Source of the DNA: Methanothrix sp.
GTDB lineage: Archaea > Halobacteriota > Methanosarcinia > Methanotrichales > Methanotrichaceae
Assembly: GCA_026394565.1 (NCBI GenBank)
Contig: JAPKYA010000042.1
Coordinates: forward strand, 1,803-65,802
Direction of reading: 5' to 3'
Length of the DNA: 64,000 nt
The translations under genes were made by a program, and so were the position numbers. How positions within the stretch are numbered: position 1 is the first letter of the stretch; each line of letters begins with the position of its first letter. The notes under the pieces were generated by a model. The model made no database searches, was not told the origin of the DNA, and saw nothing but the letters and a program-made list of their open reading frames with translations. This document shows, piece by piece, positions 1 to 9,623 of this stretch.

Positions 1-34
1 AAGTACATCTTGGTTTCATGGGGGGCAGAGGCAT

Positions 35-3000
35 TTGAGTGGAATTATGGCAGACATGGTTGATAATGTATTGGAATTCTGCGTATCACTATGCAAGAAT
101 GCAGAAAAAGAACGATTTTGTCTCACACTATTGCTATTATTAGTAGGCATATTTTCAGCTTTGTGCCTTGCTCCAACATGCGCGGCGGACCAGTACTATC
201 AAATTGCAAATGCAATAGTTACTCCTGAGTATGGTTATGAGGATTTCACCTACTCTGCAGATGTAGCTCTCAGTCCTGAAGTCGCGGCCAAAAAGGGGGA
301 CGTTGCCGTAACGAATTTCGAGCTAACGCTAGTTATCTATAATGATACTAAACAAGAACATACTGAAACAATCACCCAACGGGGAAAAACGTCATTTGTA
401 TTCGGGCCCTATAACTTTAAGAACCGATTCGGCATAGATGAAGCCGACCGTGCCACATTTGCATTTTCTCTCAATGTAGACGGCCATAAGGCAAATACGG
501 GAATATTGCGAGGCCCTATCGTCCATCAGCCCGAGTTGACTGGCATTAATTTTGAGGCTGCTCCTTATTTCTTCCAGGGCATCTCCGCCTCGGTCGGCTT
601 CAAGGACCAGGACAACCTCGACCCCAAGCCGACATGTCTTTTGAAGATCACAGGCCCACTGGGCAGCAGCGAAAACAGGACCTGGGAATCAGAATTAGGA
701 GCTGTAGCCTGCCGCTCCTCTGGAAAGAGCATTTACACCTGCATTCTCAACGAGCCCCTCACTCAATACAGAGACGGTGGAAATTTCAGCTTCATGCTGG
801 TCTACAACAACCTTAAAATGAGTCCCCTCAGCTTTGGGCCTTACAGCGTCACCCTTCGTCCCTACACACCCACCGCAGAGAACCCAAAAATTGATAAGAA
901 TCTAGATTATACCAACTTCACAATTCAGGCCACCGTCAAGGATGCCTCAGCCAAAATGGAAGAAAGCAATCCGCAGGGTCGGCTCATAATAAGCCACCCT
1001 CAGAAGGTCGATGCCGTTTATACCTCATCCAACCCGGAGATCAGCGGAGAGAAGGTTATCTTCAGATGGACCCAGGAGAACGATCCGGCGCTCTTCAATA
1101 GAAGCGATGTAGTGCTGAGCAAGACAGCGCCATTTACTGCCAGATTGGAGTATACCAATGACAAATGGGACTTCTCTGCCAAGAGCGCCAACGTGACCTT
1201 TAATGTTGTGGAAGAGGTTCCCAAGCTCAGCAATCCATCCATTCCGGAAAACGTTTACGTCTCATCCGGCGAGATCTCCACTCAGGACATGGCCGTCACA
1301 GTCGCCTTCAGTAAGGGCCCAGGAGACCTCAATGTCAGGCTGACCGGCCCTTCCATGGATTTCAATTCCACATTGGAGGGTACACCTCTGGGAGGCAACA
1401 AGTACCAGTACAAGTGGCAGGTGCAGTTTGATGACCGCCATGTCAACAGCAATTATACCCTGTCTTTATCCTTCCTGCATGACCAACTGGAAGGCGGAAG
1501 ATATGATGATTTCCCGGCCAGGAACATTCATGTCTCCTCAGTCTCTGTGCAGTTCCTGGATGGGAGCGTCGACGCACCTGTCGGACAATGGAATGACAGA
1601 TACAACTATTCCGTCAAGCTCAATACCTCAGTTCCACTGACGGTTCAACTGCAGGTCTACGATCCATGCAGCAATGATTGGACAAATAAACAGACCAAGG
1701 ATGCGGCAGTGGGGACTGCTTCCGTGCTCAATTGGATGCTTCGACCCTTTGCCTACGAATGCCAGGAGATGGCAGGCAGAGCGGCAAAATACCGGTTCAA
1801 GGCCAGCTTTGCCGGAGAGGATATTACATCGTCCCGCGCCTATAACGGCCCCATATTCATGGGAGCAGTTCCAACACTGATCTCTCTCACCCCGGAGGGG
1901 GATCCAATGGTGGTCTATGTCTCGGAAGAGGGAGCTTCCAGCAGTGTCTCCGCAACTGTGGAATACGGAGCCGGACAGGGCGAGGCAATTCTTCGTCTGA
2001 TGAGGCCGGACGGGAGCCTGAAGATGGAAGAGCAAAGTCCGGGATTTGCTCTGGGATCGGACAGGTACAGATACGACTGGAGCCTGCCCTTCGATGAGGC
2101 GGATGCAGGAAAGAGCTTCAATTTGAGCATTGCTTACACGCACTCAACCCTTTCCGGGGAATATTCTCTGGCAGAAAAGACAGTCACCGTCCTGCCAGTC
2201 ACCATTGAGTTTGGCGTTGGGAAGGTGTTTCCGGCTAAAGGCAGATGGAATGGCACATTTAACTATTCCGTGCCGGTTAGCTCCAGCGTGGATACGACTG
2301 TCAAGCTGGAGGTCTATAACCCCTGCACTCATAACTGGGTGCAGAGAGCATCGGGAAAGGTCTCCGCAGGCGAGACAACCTTTACTCGCAATGCTACACC
2401 ATTTAGGAGCAAGTGCGCTGATTCGGAAGGAAATGAAGCCAGCTACCGCTTTACTGCCGGCTTTGGTGATAAGACCTCCGAATCCGAGGTCTATTACGGG
2501 CCGATCATAAGCGGAGGCAAGCCGACGCTGGTATCAGTGGATTTCGAACCAGTATTGCATGTATCTGAAGATGCGCCCACCTATCTGTCTGTCCGGGCGA
2601 TAGTGGACTTCCCACAAGGACAGGATGCGATGCAGCTTGCCATTGTCGGTCCAAATAAGAGTTCCGCCACAGAAGAGACTGGAGTTTATCGGGGCGAAAC
2701 TCAGTATGGAACTCAGTATTCGTATACATGGTCGGAGGAATTCAATAAGGAGAATGTCGGCAACCACACCCTTAGCCTACATAACGTCCATCCGGAAACA
2801 TCGGGAGGCGAAGTCTCATTCACTGGGACCATTAAGGTTGTCTCTGATAATACCAGCTCGGGACTGGAACCAAAGGCCATCGGTGATGTAAATTACCTGC
2901 CGGTGCTGTTTGTCACCCTGGAAAAGAATACCGGCCAGGCATTCAGTGCTGAGGTCTTCTCGCCGGGAGGCCAGGGGACTCTTATCTTGAGTTTGACTGG

Positions 3001-4219
3001 AGAAGGCAAGAACGAACAAAAAGAGATGAGTGCAACTGATCTCGGTGCAAATCGGTACAAATATGATTATGCAGAGCAGTTTGATGCTACAGATGCAGGC
3101 AACAGTTACATGTTCTCTCTGGATTATCAATTGAACGGCAAGAGATATGCCTTATTTGATGACCATATGATGCAGGTAGCGTTAGAAGGGACTGAGCCGC
3201 TGCCCATATGGGAGCCCAAGCTCTTACTGGATTATGACGCAACTCTGTATGTGCCTGAGGGAGGCAAAGCAGACCAGCCTATCCACGCCACCATTAATTA
3301 CTCTGAGAGCGGAGGCATTCTCAAGTTGAAACTGGATGGTCCAAATAAGAATTTCACGAAGGACTTGAGTGACAGAAATATCGGAGTTGATAGGTATCTC
3401 TACGAGACGGATATGCCTTTTGATGGAAACGACATCGGAAACAACTTCACTATATCCCTGGCATTTAATCATACCAGTATGCCCGGTGGGAATTACCGAT
3501 TTGCCGATCATTATATGAGGGTTCTTAAAAAAGCCCCGGAAAATCAGCAACCGAGATCTTCAGGGACTGTGACGGGAGGACAAATAAATCGTGTCTTCAA
3601 CGACAGCACTGTGATGGTAATCGGTAATGTGACGTCTGCGGTAGGAGTCGCGGTAGGTGTCATCCAGGCGTGGGATGAGAAAGACCCGCTTCATGCATTG
3701 ACGTATTCTCTGCAGCTCAAAAACTGGAGTTCCTCTCAGATGCCTTCGGTTGAACTATGGGTAAGAGGGTATGGATCCGATAAAATCTGGAAGAACGAAG
3801 GAATCCCAGATGGATATGATCCATCCACAGGAACCTTGAGTTGGACTCTCAAGCCCTTCTGGCAGACACCATTCCTTGGCATGGCCGAGTACAAATTCAT
3901 GATTGATGGGGCAGAGACACATCCATTTGATGGTCCGAACATAATAGCCATAATATCCGATATTGATGAGAGCGAAGTACCTGGTAGCAGGACGCTAGCC
4001 AAATATGAGGCATGGGTTGATGCTTCTGCGAACCTAACATTATGCATTGTGGCTGGAGACACCAACATTCCTGATCAAATCAAGAGCTGGACGATCAAGG
4101 GCCAATGCCAGGATTACGATAATGGAAGCGGAAAGAAGAAATTTGATTGGCAAGTTCCAAAGGGTATGCCATACTACGATTTCGATATCAAGAATAAGGA
4201 CAAGGAGAGCGCCAAATGA
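35..4219 (+). CDS. Very large exported/surface protein built from two interleaved types of ~100-aa beta-rich (Ig-like) repeats
   Basis: 1394-aa ORF with an N-terminal hydrophobic signal-like stretch (LTLLLLLVGIFSALCLAPTCA), many NxS/T sequons and internal repeats (LGxxRYxYxWxxxFDxxDAGxxF and YSV..V.LEVY.PC...W..PF..YRF..GP motifs). Exact start uncertain (35, 47 or 56). Confidence 0.8.
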   Translation: MSGIMADMVDNVLEFCVSLCKNAEKERFCLTLLLLLVGIFSALCLAPTCAADQYYQIANAIVTPEYGYEDFTYSADVALSPEVAAKKGDVAVTNFELTLVIYNDTKQEHTETITQRGKTSFVFGPYNFKNRFGIDEADRATFAFSLNVDGHKANTGILRGPIVHQPELTGINFEAAPYFFQGISASVGFKDQDNLDPKPTCLLKITGPLGSSENRTWESELGAVACRSSGKSIYTCILNEPLTQYRDGGNFSFMLVYNNLKMSPLSFGPYSVTLRPYTPTAENPKIDKNLDYTNFTIQATVKDASAKMEESNPQGRLIISHPQKVDAVYTSSNPEISGEKVIFRWTQENDPALFNRSDVVLSKTAPFTARLEYTNDKWDFSAKSANVTFNVVEEVPKLSNPSIPENVYVSSGEISTQDMAVTVAFSKGPGDLNVRLTGPSMDFNSTLEGTPLGGNKYQYKWQVQFDDRHVNSNYTLSLSFLHDQLEGGRYDDFPARNIHVSSVSVQFLDGSVDAPVGQWNDRYNYSVKLNTSVPLTVQLQVYDPCSNDWTNKQTKDAAVGTASVLNWMLRPFAYECQEMAGRAAKYRFKASFAGEDITSSRAYNGPIFMGAVPTLISLTPEGDPMVVYVSEEGASSSVSATVEYGAGQGEAILRLMRPDGSLKMEEQSPGFALGSDRYRYDWSLPFDEADAGKSFNLSIAYTHSTLSGEYSLAEKTVTVLPVTIEFGVGKVFPAKGRWNGTFNYSVPVSSSVDTTVKLEVYNPCTHNWVQRASGKVSAGETTFTRNATPFRSKCADSEGNEASYRFTAGFGDKTSESEVYYGPIISGGKPTLVSVDFEPVLHVSEDAPTYLSVRAIVDFPQGQDAMQLAIVGPNKSSATEETGVYRGETQYGTQYSYTWSEEFNKENVGNHTLSLHNVHPETSGGEVSFTGTIKVVSDNTSSGLEPKAIGDVNYLPVLFVTLEKNTGQAFSAEVFSPGGQGTLILSLTGEGKNEQKEMSATDLGANRYKYDYAEQFDATDAGNSYMFSLDYQLNGKRYALFDDHMMQVALEGTEPLPIWEPKLLLDYDATLYVPEGGKADQPIHATINYSESGGILKLKLDGPNKNFTKDLSDRNIGVDRYLYETDMPFDGNDIGNNFTISLAFNHTSMPGGNYRFADHYMRVLKKAPENQQPRSSGTVTGGQINRVFNDSTVMVIGNVTSAVGVAVGVIQAWDEKDPLHALTYSLQLKNWSSSQMPSVELWVRGYGSDKIWKNEGIPDGYDPSTGTLSWTLKPFWQTPFLGMAEYKFMIDGAETHPFDGPNIIAIISDIDESEVPGSRTLAKYEAWVDASANLTLCIVAGDTNIPDQIKSWTIKGQCQDYDNGSGKKKFDWQVPKGMPYYDFDIKNKDKESAK

Positions 4220-5742
4220 ATCGGAAAATGATCTGCATTCTAGTCATATTTGCCTTTTTGCTATCAGTGCAAAATGTGGTTGGCCCAGCTTCAAAATTTT
4301 CCGGGTCAACTTCTAGTAGTAGCGGAAGCGGTGGCGGCAGCAAGCAGGTCGATATCGACAGTTTGCTTAAGGCAGTGAAGGATGGAAAAGATAAAAAGCC
4401 CGCCAAATTCAATGATCTGAAGAACCTGCTCTGGAAGGACCCGATTACCAACGAGAATTACACCCTGCCTACTGTGCTGATGTACTACAAAGGAAATAAT
4501 ACAACGATCAGCCGGACCGAGCCAGTAGAGATCGTCACCGTGGTCACAAATAATAATCTTCCGGAGCAGCGGCGCATGCTTGACCTATATCTTGAGGTGA
4601 AAGAGCCCGGATCTAGCGAATACAGGCGCGTCAACTCCTGGCCGGAGAAGATCCAGGTCAATAATGAATACAGCGATAAAACCAATAGCACTCAAAGGAC
4701 CTGGAGCATGCTGCCCTCTTTTATCTACCTCAAGAAGGTAGGTGAAGTAAAGGTGCGGGTGAATGTGAGCGACGGAGTCAATAGATGGAGCACCGCCAGC
4801 TATGCCGGGATGAAGCCGCCTTATTACAGCGAGCTGGTCTTCAATGTGACTAACAGCCTGCCTAAAATGAGTGATTTCAATGTTACGCCAGATGGCCTCG
4901 TAAGGTATAACGATGCTATCGAGTACAAAGCAAATATTGAGGATATAGATGGCGATTTACTCAATGTGACACTGCATATCCTGGATGATAAGGGCGTGGC
5001 GATTAAGAACGAGACCGTTAACATAAAGCCCGGGCCGGTGAGCTTTAAGGCAAACGAATATGGGTTCTTCACAGAAGCCGATGCCGGCAAGAACTTCACC
5101 TACTACTATAGCTATGACGATGGCATAAATTTTGTCAGCAAGGATCCCGAGGAGCCCTTAGAGGGTCCGAATATCAAGAAAGGCGCAAAGCTTTACGTGG
5201 ATAAGTTTGAATCATCCGGCTCCAGCGAGAATTACTACTGGTGGGAAAAGTACGGATTCAGCGTGAGGGCAAAGAACCTGAACCCAGAGGAATACGAGGT
5301 ATCGTTTACTCTCAGCACCAGGACCAACAACAACGAATGGAATCCGGTGGAGACCAAAACGGAAAAGATCGGCCCCGAACCCGTAGTGGTGCGCTTCAAT
5401 AAGACCCAGCCTTTCAAGGTTACAGATGCCGGCAAGACCTTTTATTACCGGGTTAAATACACGGAGTACGATCAGACCAACAAGGATTTTATGGAGAAAA
5501 CTGGAGAAAAGATCAATGACAAGATTGTGCCCTACAGTATCTATGATGGGATTATGATCTTGAATCTCCTGCCGATGTTATTCCTGGTCACTCTGTTCGG
5601 ATTATTAATGGAGAGAACGCTCAAGAAAGGAGTTGAGGCTCACGAGCGCTCGTCCGTCAAAGGCGGAGATAAGAAGAAGGTTCAGAGGAAATCCGGCAAG
5701 AATATTGTGGATTCGATCTTAAAGATGCTGAAGAGGAGCTAA
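4216..5742 (+). CDS. Exported protein with C-terminal transmembrane anchor and basic cytoplasmic tail
   Basis: Signal-like N-terminus, Ser/Gly linker, F.xADAGKxF motifs shared with the upstream protein, TM segment GIMILNLLPMLFLVTLFGLLM followed by a Lys-rich tail. ATGA overlap with the upstream stop. Confidence 0.8.
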   Translation: MNRKMICILVIFAFLLSVQNVVGPASKFSGSTSSSSGSGGGSKQVDIDSLLKAVKDGKDKKPAKFNDLKNLLWKDPITNENYTLPTVLMYYKGNNTTISRTEPVEIVTVVTNNNLPEQRRMLDLYLEVKEPGSSEYRRVNSWPEKIQVNNEYSDKTNSTQRTWSMLPSFIYLKKVGEVKVRVNVSDGVNRWSTASYAGMKPPYYSELVFNVTNSLPKMSDFNVTPDGLVRYNDAIEYKANIEDIDGDLLNVTLHILDDKGVAIKNETVNIKPGPVSFKANEYGFFTEADAGKNFTYYYSYDDGINFVSKDPEEPLEGPNIKKGAKLYVDKFESSGSSENYYWWEKYGFSVRAKNLNPEEYEVSFTLSTRTNNNEWNPVETKTEKIGPEPVVVRFNKTQPFKVTDAGKTFYYRVKYTEYDQTNKDFMEKTGEKINDKIVPYSIYDGIMILNLLPMLFLVTLFGLLMERTLKKGVEAHERSSVKGGDKKKVQRKSGKNIVDSILKMLKRS

Positions 5743-5744
5743 AC

Positions 5745-6386
5745 ATGGACCTGAATGCTGCATTCATTTCCGATATCGCGTTTGCCATTGGCACGATTGT
5801 GCTGGCAATCGGCCTTATTTTAGCATTAGCATTGCACATCACTAATATAAACAAGGTGCATAAGCTCATGGAGGTTCTACAGAAAAAAACGGTTACTAAG
5901 TCGCACCTTTACAAGGAGATGACCGTCTCCCAGGGCGTCAACTTCACAGCTCTCGCTTTTGCATCATGGATAATGCTCTTTGTGGCCATTGCTTTCCTCT
6001 ACCTGCTGGTTCCAACTGTCCTTCCCTTCAGTTATATGGATATCTCTGAACTGGCTTCCAATCCCTTCGGATTTGCCATCTTCGGCATTCTTGTGGGATT
6101 GCTGGCCTGGGTCATTATTTTCTTCCTTGATAAGCTTCCTGATGACCGCAGGGAGTTCCGGCTGACGGAGCTGTACAGCTTTTATTCGATCTCCAAAGGC
6201 ACAAAGAGAATGATCGGCCTCACGTTAATTGTTCTATGGATCTCGGTCTTTTCTTCAGCCTACCTTGGCACGATTTATCCGGAACAATCGATTGCGGTTC
6301 AACTCATGAGCCTCATATTATTATTGGCATCGGCTGGCATCCTGGTCATGCCAATTTATAAAGAATACTGGGAGGCAAGAAGATGA
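5745..6386 (+). CDS. Polytopic membrane protein (about 5 TM), unknown family
   Basis: 213-aa ORF with ~5 hydrophobic segments; starts 2 nt after the previous stop and overlaps the next start (ATGA). Confidence 0.8.
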   Translation: MDLNAAFISDIAFAIGTIVLAIGLILALALHITNINKVHKLMEVLQKKTVTKSHLYKEMTVSQGVNFTALAFASWIMLFVAIAFLYLLVPTVLPFSYMDISELASNPFGFAIFGILVGLLAWVIIFFLDKLPDDRREFRLTELYSFYSISKGTKRMIGLTLIVLWISVFSSAYLGTIYPEQSIAVQLMSLILLLASAGILVMPIYKEYWEARR

Positions 6387-8059
6387 AACTATGCATTGTC
6401 GGAATTGGCGGAGCTGGAGGAAAGGTCACCCAGGAGTTTTTAGGAAACGAGGATCTGGATTTTCCGCTTCTTACCAGCATCACCGGTGCGGAGTATGTCT
6501 CCCCCGGCATGATTCAGGGCATATGGCTGGAGGCAGACAAGAACGACGCCAAGAACCTTCAATCCTTCTTCGGAGATAAGAATGATGGCTGCTATCCATG
6601 CTTTTACATTCCCCATGATGCCGTCCCGGACGGATGCGAGGTCCATAGATTGGTGCGGGAGAAATACGGCTACGACGTTAAGAAGCAGGGATTTGTCAGA
6701 GACGCCCAGTACCTGAAAGCCATATTCGAGATCTTTGATACCGATGAGAAGATACAAGAGACAGTAGCCAGGACCTTGAACAAGGAGATGGTGGAATCAA
6801 AAGGCGTCATTCCTGCCGCCAACGGCTCTTCCTCCAGCCAGGCGCCCAACCCCATCTTCGACAGCGCCTGGAATGCCATAAGAGGGTTCACCACGCTGAG
6901 CAAAGAAGGGGAGTGTGACGGCATTTTATTTATCGTCTCATTTGGAGGAGGGACCGGAACCGGTTTCATCAATCCAATCATCAACCACATCAGAAACGAG
7001 GGCAAAGCCGAATATCCGGTCTTTGCCCTAGGCATATTGACAGAACTTGGAGAGTATGCAGATAAGTCTCAATTCGCCAAGGCAGGAAGAAGAACCCTGG
7101 CGGCCATAAGCGCTCTATATGATCTTCTCACCAAAGGAAGCGGGGCCAATGGAGTCATCATCATCGATAACGAGATACTGATGAAGAGATTCGGAAACGA
7201 TTTTCCTTCTGCAAATCGCTTCATTCATAAGATCATGCTCCCGGTGGTAGCTCCACGCGACTACCCTGATGAGATTAAGCCAGGCCAGGCTATAGCACTG
7301 CAATTCTCGAAGGGCGTCTCAAGGCCGCCCATCTTTGTGCCCCTTTATGCATCGCTTCCAAGAAGCAGGGGCACTGAGGAAGCTCTGGTTAGAGAAGCGT
7401 TGAGCGAAGAGGGAAAGCTCTTCGCCTGCACTCCGGAAAAGGCAGACTTTGCCATGGTCTTCTGCCGTGGCTATATCGATGACGAGAAGATCAAGACCGC
7501 CCTCTCCAATGCAACCGGCATTCCATTTGAAAACATTTGGCCTGCGAGAAAGATGGGCGAGGGAGATAACGAGATACTGATACTGCTTCGCAATCCCTAT
7601 GGAGGAGACCCCAAAGCCTATCTCAAAGAGGATACGCTGGAATACAGGTTCTGCAAGGCGATCTCGCTCGCCCTTCAGCAGATCAAGCAAAGTCCGGAAG
7701 ACCTCTTTTACGAGGGCAAAGAAATGGAAAAGGGTGCAAAGAACGGCAAGTCTGACCAGGTGAGGCTCACAGATGATTGCAAAAAGGCCCTGAAGACCTT
7801 CTTCTTCGGTTCAGACGGCTCCTGCGAGAGCAGCGGCTTTGTCTTCGAGCTGAATGAGGCCAGAAAGAGGCTTAGGGATGGAGAGAAGCCATTCTTCATC
7901 CATCCTTTGCGGATCTTCCAGAAAGATGCTCCCGTTCCGAAGGAAGAAAAGAAATCTACAGGCCGGATTAGTGACGAAGATATAGCCCGCATAGTTGATG
8001 CCAGGATCAACGAGAAGCTGGTCGAATTGGGTTTGATAGAAGAACTCATGATGGGATAA
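6383..8059 (+). CDS. Divergent tubulin/FtsZ-superfamily GTPase (CetZ-like) with long C-terminal extension
   Basis: N-terminal GIGGAGGK loop, tubulin signature SFGGGTGTG and IIIDNE motif; 558 aa, longer than typical FtsZ/CetZ. Confidence 0.85.
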   Translation: MKLCIVGIGGAGGKVTQEFLGNEDLDFPLLTSITGAEYVSPGMIQGIWLEADKNDAKNLQSFFGDKNDGCYPCFYIPHDAVPDGCEVHRLVREKYGYDVKKQGFVRDAQYLKAIFEIFDTDEKIQETVARTLNKEMVESKGVIPAANGSSSSQAPNPIFDSAWNAIRGFTTLSKEGECDGILFIVSFGGGTGTGFINPIINHIRNEGKAEYPVFALGILTELGEYADKSQFAKAGRRTLAAISALYDLLTKGSGANGVIIIDNEILMKRFGNDFPSANRFIHKIMLPVVAPRDYPDEIKPGQAIALQFSKGVSRPPIFVPLYASLPRSRGTEEALVREALSEEGKLFACTPEKADFAMVFCRGYIDDEKIKTALSNATGIPFENIWPARKMGEGDNEILILLRNPYGGDPKAYLKEDTLEYRFCKAISLALQQIKQSPEDLFYEGKEMEKGAKNGKSDQVRLTDDCKKALKTFFFGSDGSCESSGFVFELNEARKRLRDGEKPFFIHPLRIFQKDAPVPKEEKKSTGRISDEDIARIVDARINEKLVELGLIEELMMG

Positions 8060-8172
8060 CTAATTTGAAGATAAAATCTAGTCCGACTTCCATGTAGTGC
8101 CACATTGTTTTAGTAGGCAGAGACGAACCCGGCGGCCCAAAAATGGCAGCCGGAGCTCGTCTTATTGCCCAT

Positions 8173-8882
8173 TTACCTCTCCAGCCCGAGCCCCACAGTC
8201 ACCGATCTGCCCAGTCCCTCATCTGCCTTTGCCAGGTTCTCTGCAGCATGCTTCTGGATGGCCGGATTGGTGACGTGGCTCAGACCTAAGCTCCCGAAAG
8301 AGTGGGCGCAAAGTTTGAGTGCTTCAATAACTTTCGTTATTATTTATCATATCGGCTCAAATGACTTATGTATTGGCATCATTTTCAGCATTCATTAGCA
8401 TGAAACTTTTGTTTCTGGATTTAGTAATGCTATAATATTTTTGTGGGCACATATCGCCCAGCAAACTGGTCATGAACGGGCATATTTGAGGTTATTTTTT
8501 GAAATAGAGGCAATTGCATCGAGATAATCTGTTTGATGCGCCTATTAAATCCGAGAGCTTAGGCTCAGACCGGCCACCAGGTTCTCCACCAGATGTCGTG
8601 ACTCCGTCCGGTTCATGGAGCGGTACCTCTCCCCGGCCTGGGTGAAGTCGTCCGTCTTCTTAATCTTCTCTCGACCCAGGTTCCCCTGGACATGGGGACT
8701 GTAAGGCGTGCCCTCTATCGGGATCGTCATCGGCCCGCCCTGGCTGCCGGGTCCATAGTTCACTGGCCCCTTGAATACCTGGCACTACATGGCTCCCTCG
8801 CGCTGGTTATTGGCCACGGACGAAAGCGGCCGGTTGGTGGGTAGCTGGTGGAAGTAGGCGCCTATGCGTAGCGCTGCGTGTC
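8173..8882 (-). pseudogene. Monofunctional heme catalase (KatE/KatA type), C-terminal remnant
   Basis: Manual translation gives DTQRY/(frameshift)IGAYFHQLPTNRP..NNQREGAM*..DDFTQAGERYRS..LVENLVAGLS[insertion]HVTNPAIQKHAAENLAKADEGLGRSVTVGLGLER*. It carries a frameshift, an internal TAG and an insertion, and the N-terminal part of the enzyme is missing. Confidence 0.85.
8286..8562. mobile_element. 277-bp non-autonomous MITE-like insertion
   Basis: Flanked by the 8-bp direct repeat GCTCAGAC (8278-8285 and 8563-8570). Imperfect terminal inverted repeats CTAAGCTCCCGAA..GGCGCA / CTAAGCTCTCGGA..GGCGCA. Removing it restores the catalase frame. Confidence 0.85.
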
Positions 8883-9056
8883 TACTTTTTTTCGAATATT
8901 GTCGCCCAAAAGCAATAAATATGATCGTCACATCCTGCAACATGTTAATGTTTCTATGCTATGGATGCAAGAGGCCGGGGGCAGGCGCGGTTTTCCAGGT
9001 ATCTTATCGATATATTTAGCAGATGAACTGAGCAAGAGATATTTGGGGGTTAAATC

Positions 9057-9623
9057 ATGCTTAATGGGTTCAAAAATTTGGTATTATTGGCATTTGCTAT
9101 AGCGGTGATTTTTGCGGCGGCAAGCAATGCCCTTTCCCAGGATGGGAATAGCTACAGTCCGGCGCACGCTGTAGGCTCCGGGGATGACGACTGGTGGATG
9201 ACATATCCCGATCAGCATGAAAACTCCGGCTCAGAGGCAGAGCACCCTGCCTGGATTTTGGATGCACTCAAGCAGAAGCCGGTGCTCATCCTGATTCATA
9301 GCAGCAACTGCGTGCCCTGCCTGACCCAGATGCCGAGAATCGAAGCGGCAGTGCGGAGCGTTGGCGAGGATCTGCAATACAATGATGTGCTGGCGGAAGG
9401 AAGCGGCTACGAAAAAGCAATTGGCATCCTGGATGTCTATGATCCGACCGGCGGAAAATCGTACGTTCCAACGACCATATTCATCACCCTGGCCAAGGGC
9501 CCGGATGGGACGGTGGGTGTAGCCTGGCACAGTGAGATTGATGCCATGAGCCTGGAGAGGATCAATGCTTATGTGAAGGATTCCATCTACTACTATAAGC
9601 AGAATAAAGCCGCATGGATCTGA
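9057..9623 (+). CDS. Exported thioredoxin-fold protein
   Basis: Signal peptide, CVPC motif, cis-Pro motif YVPTT. Confidence 0.8.
   Translation: MLNGFKNLVLLAFAIAVIFAAASNALSQDGNSYSPAHAVGSGDDDWWMTYPDQHENSGSEAEHPAWILDALKQKPVLILIHSSNCVPCLTQMPRIEAAVRSVGEDLQYNDVLAEGSGYEKAIGILDVYDPTGGKSYVPTTIFITLAKGPDGTVGVAWHSEIDAMSLERINAYVKDSIYYYKQNKAAWI

Noticed and set aside
8165-8398. 77-aa plus-strand ORF
   Set aside because: It is antisense to the catalase remnant and runs into the MITE.
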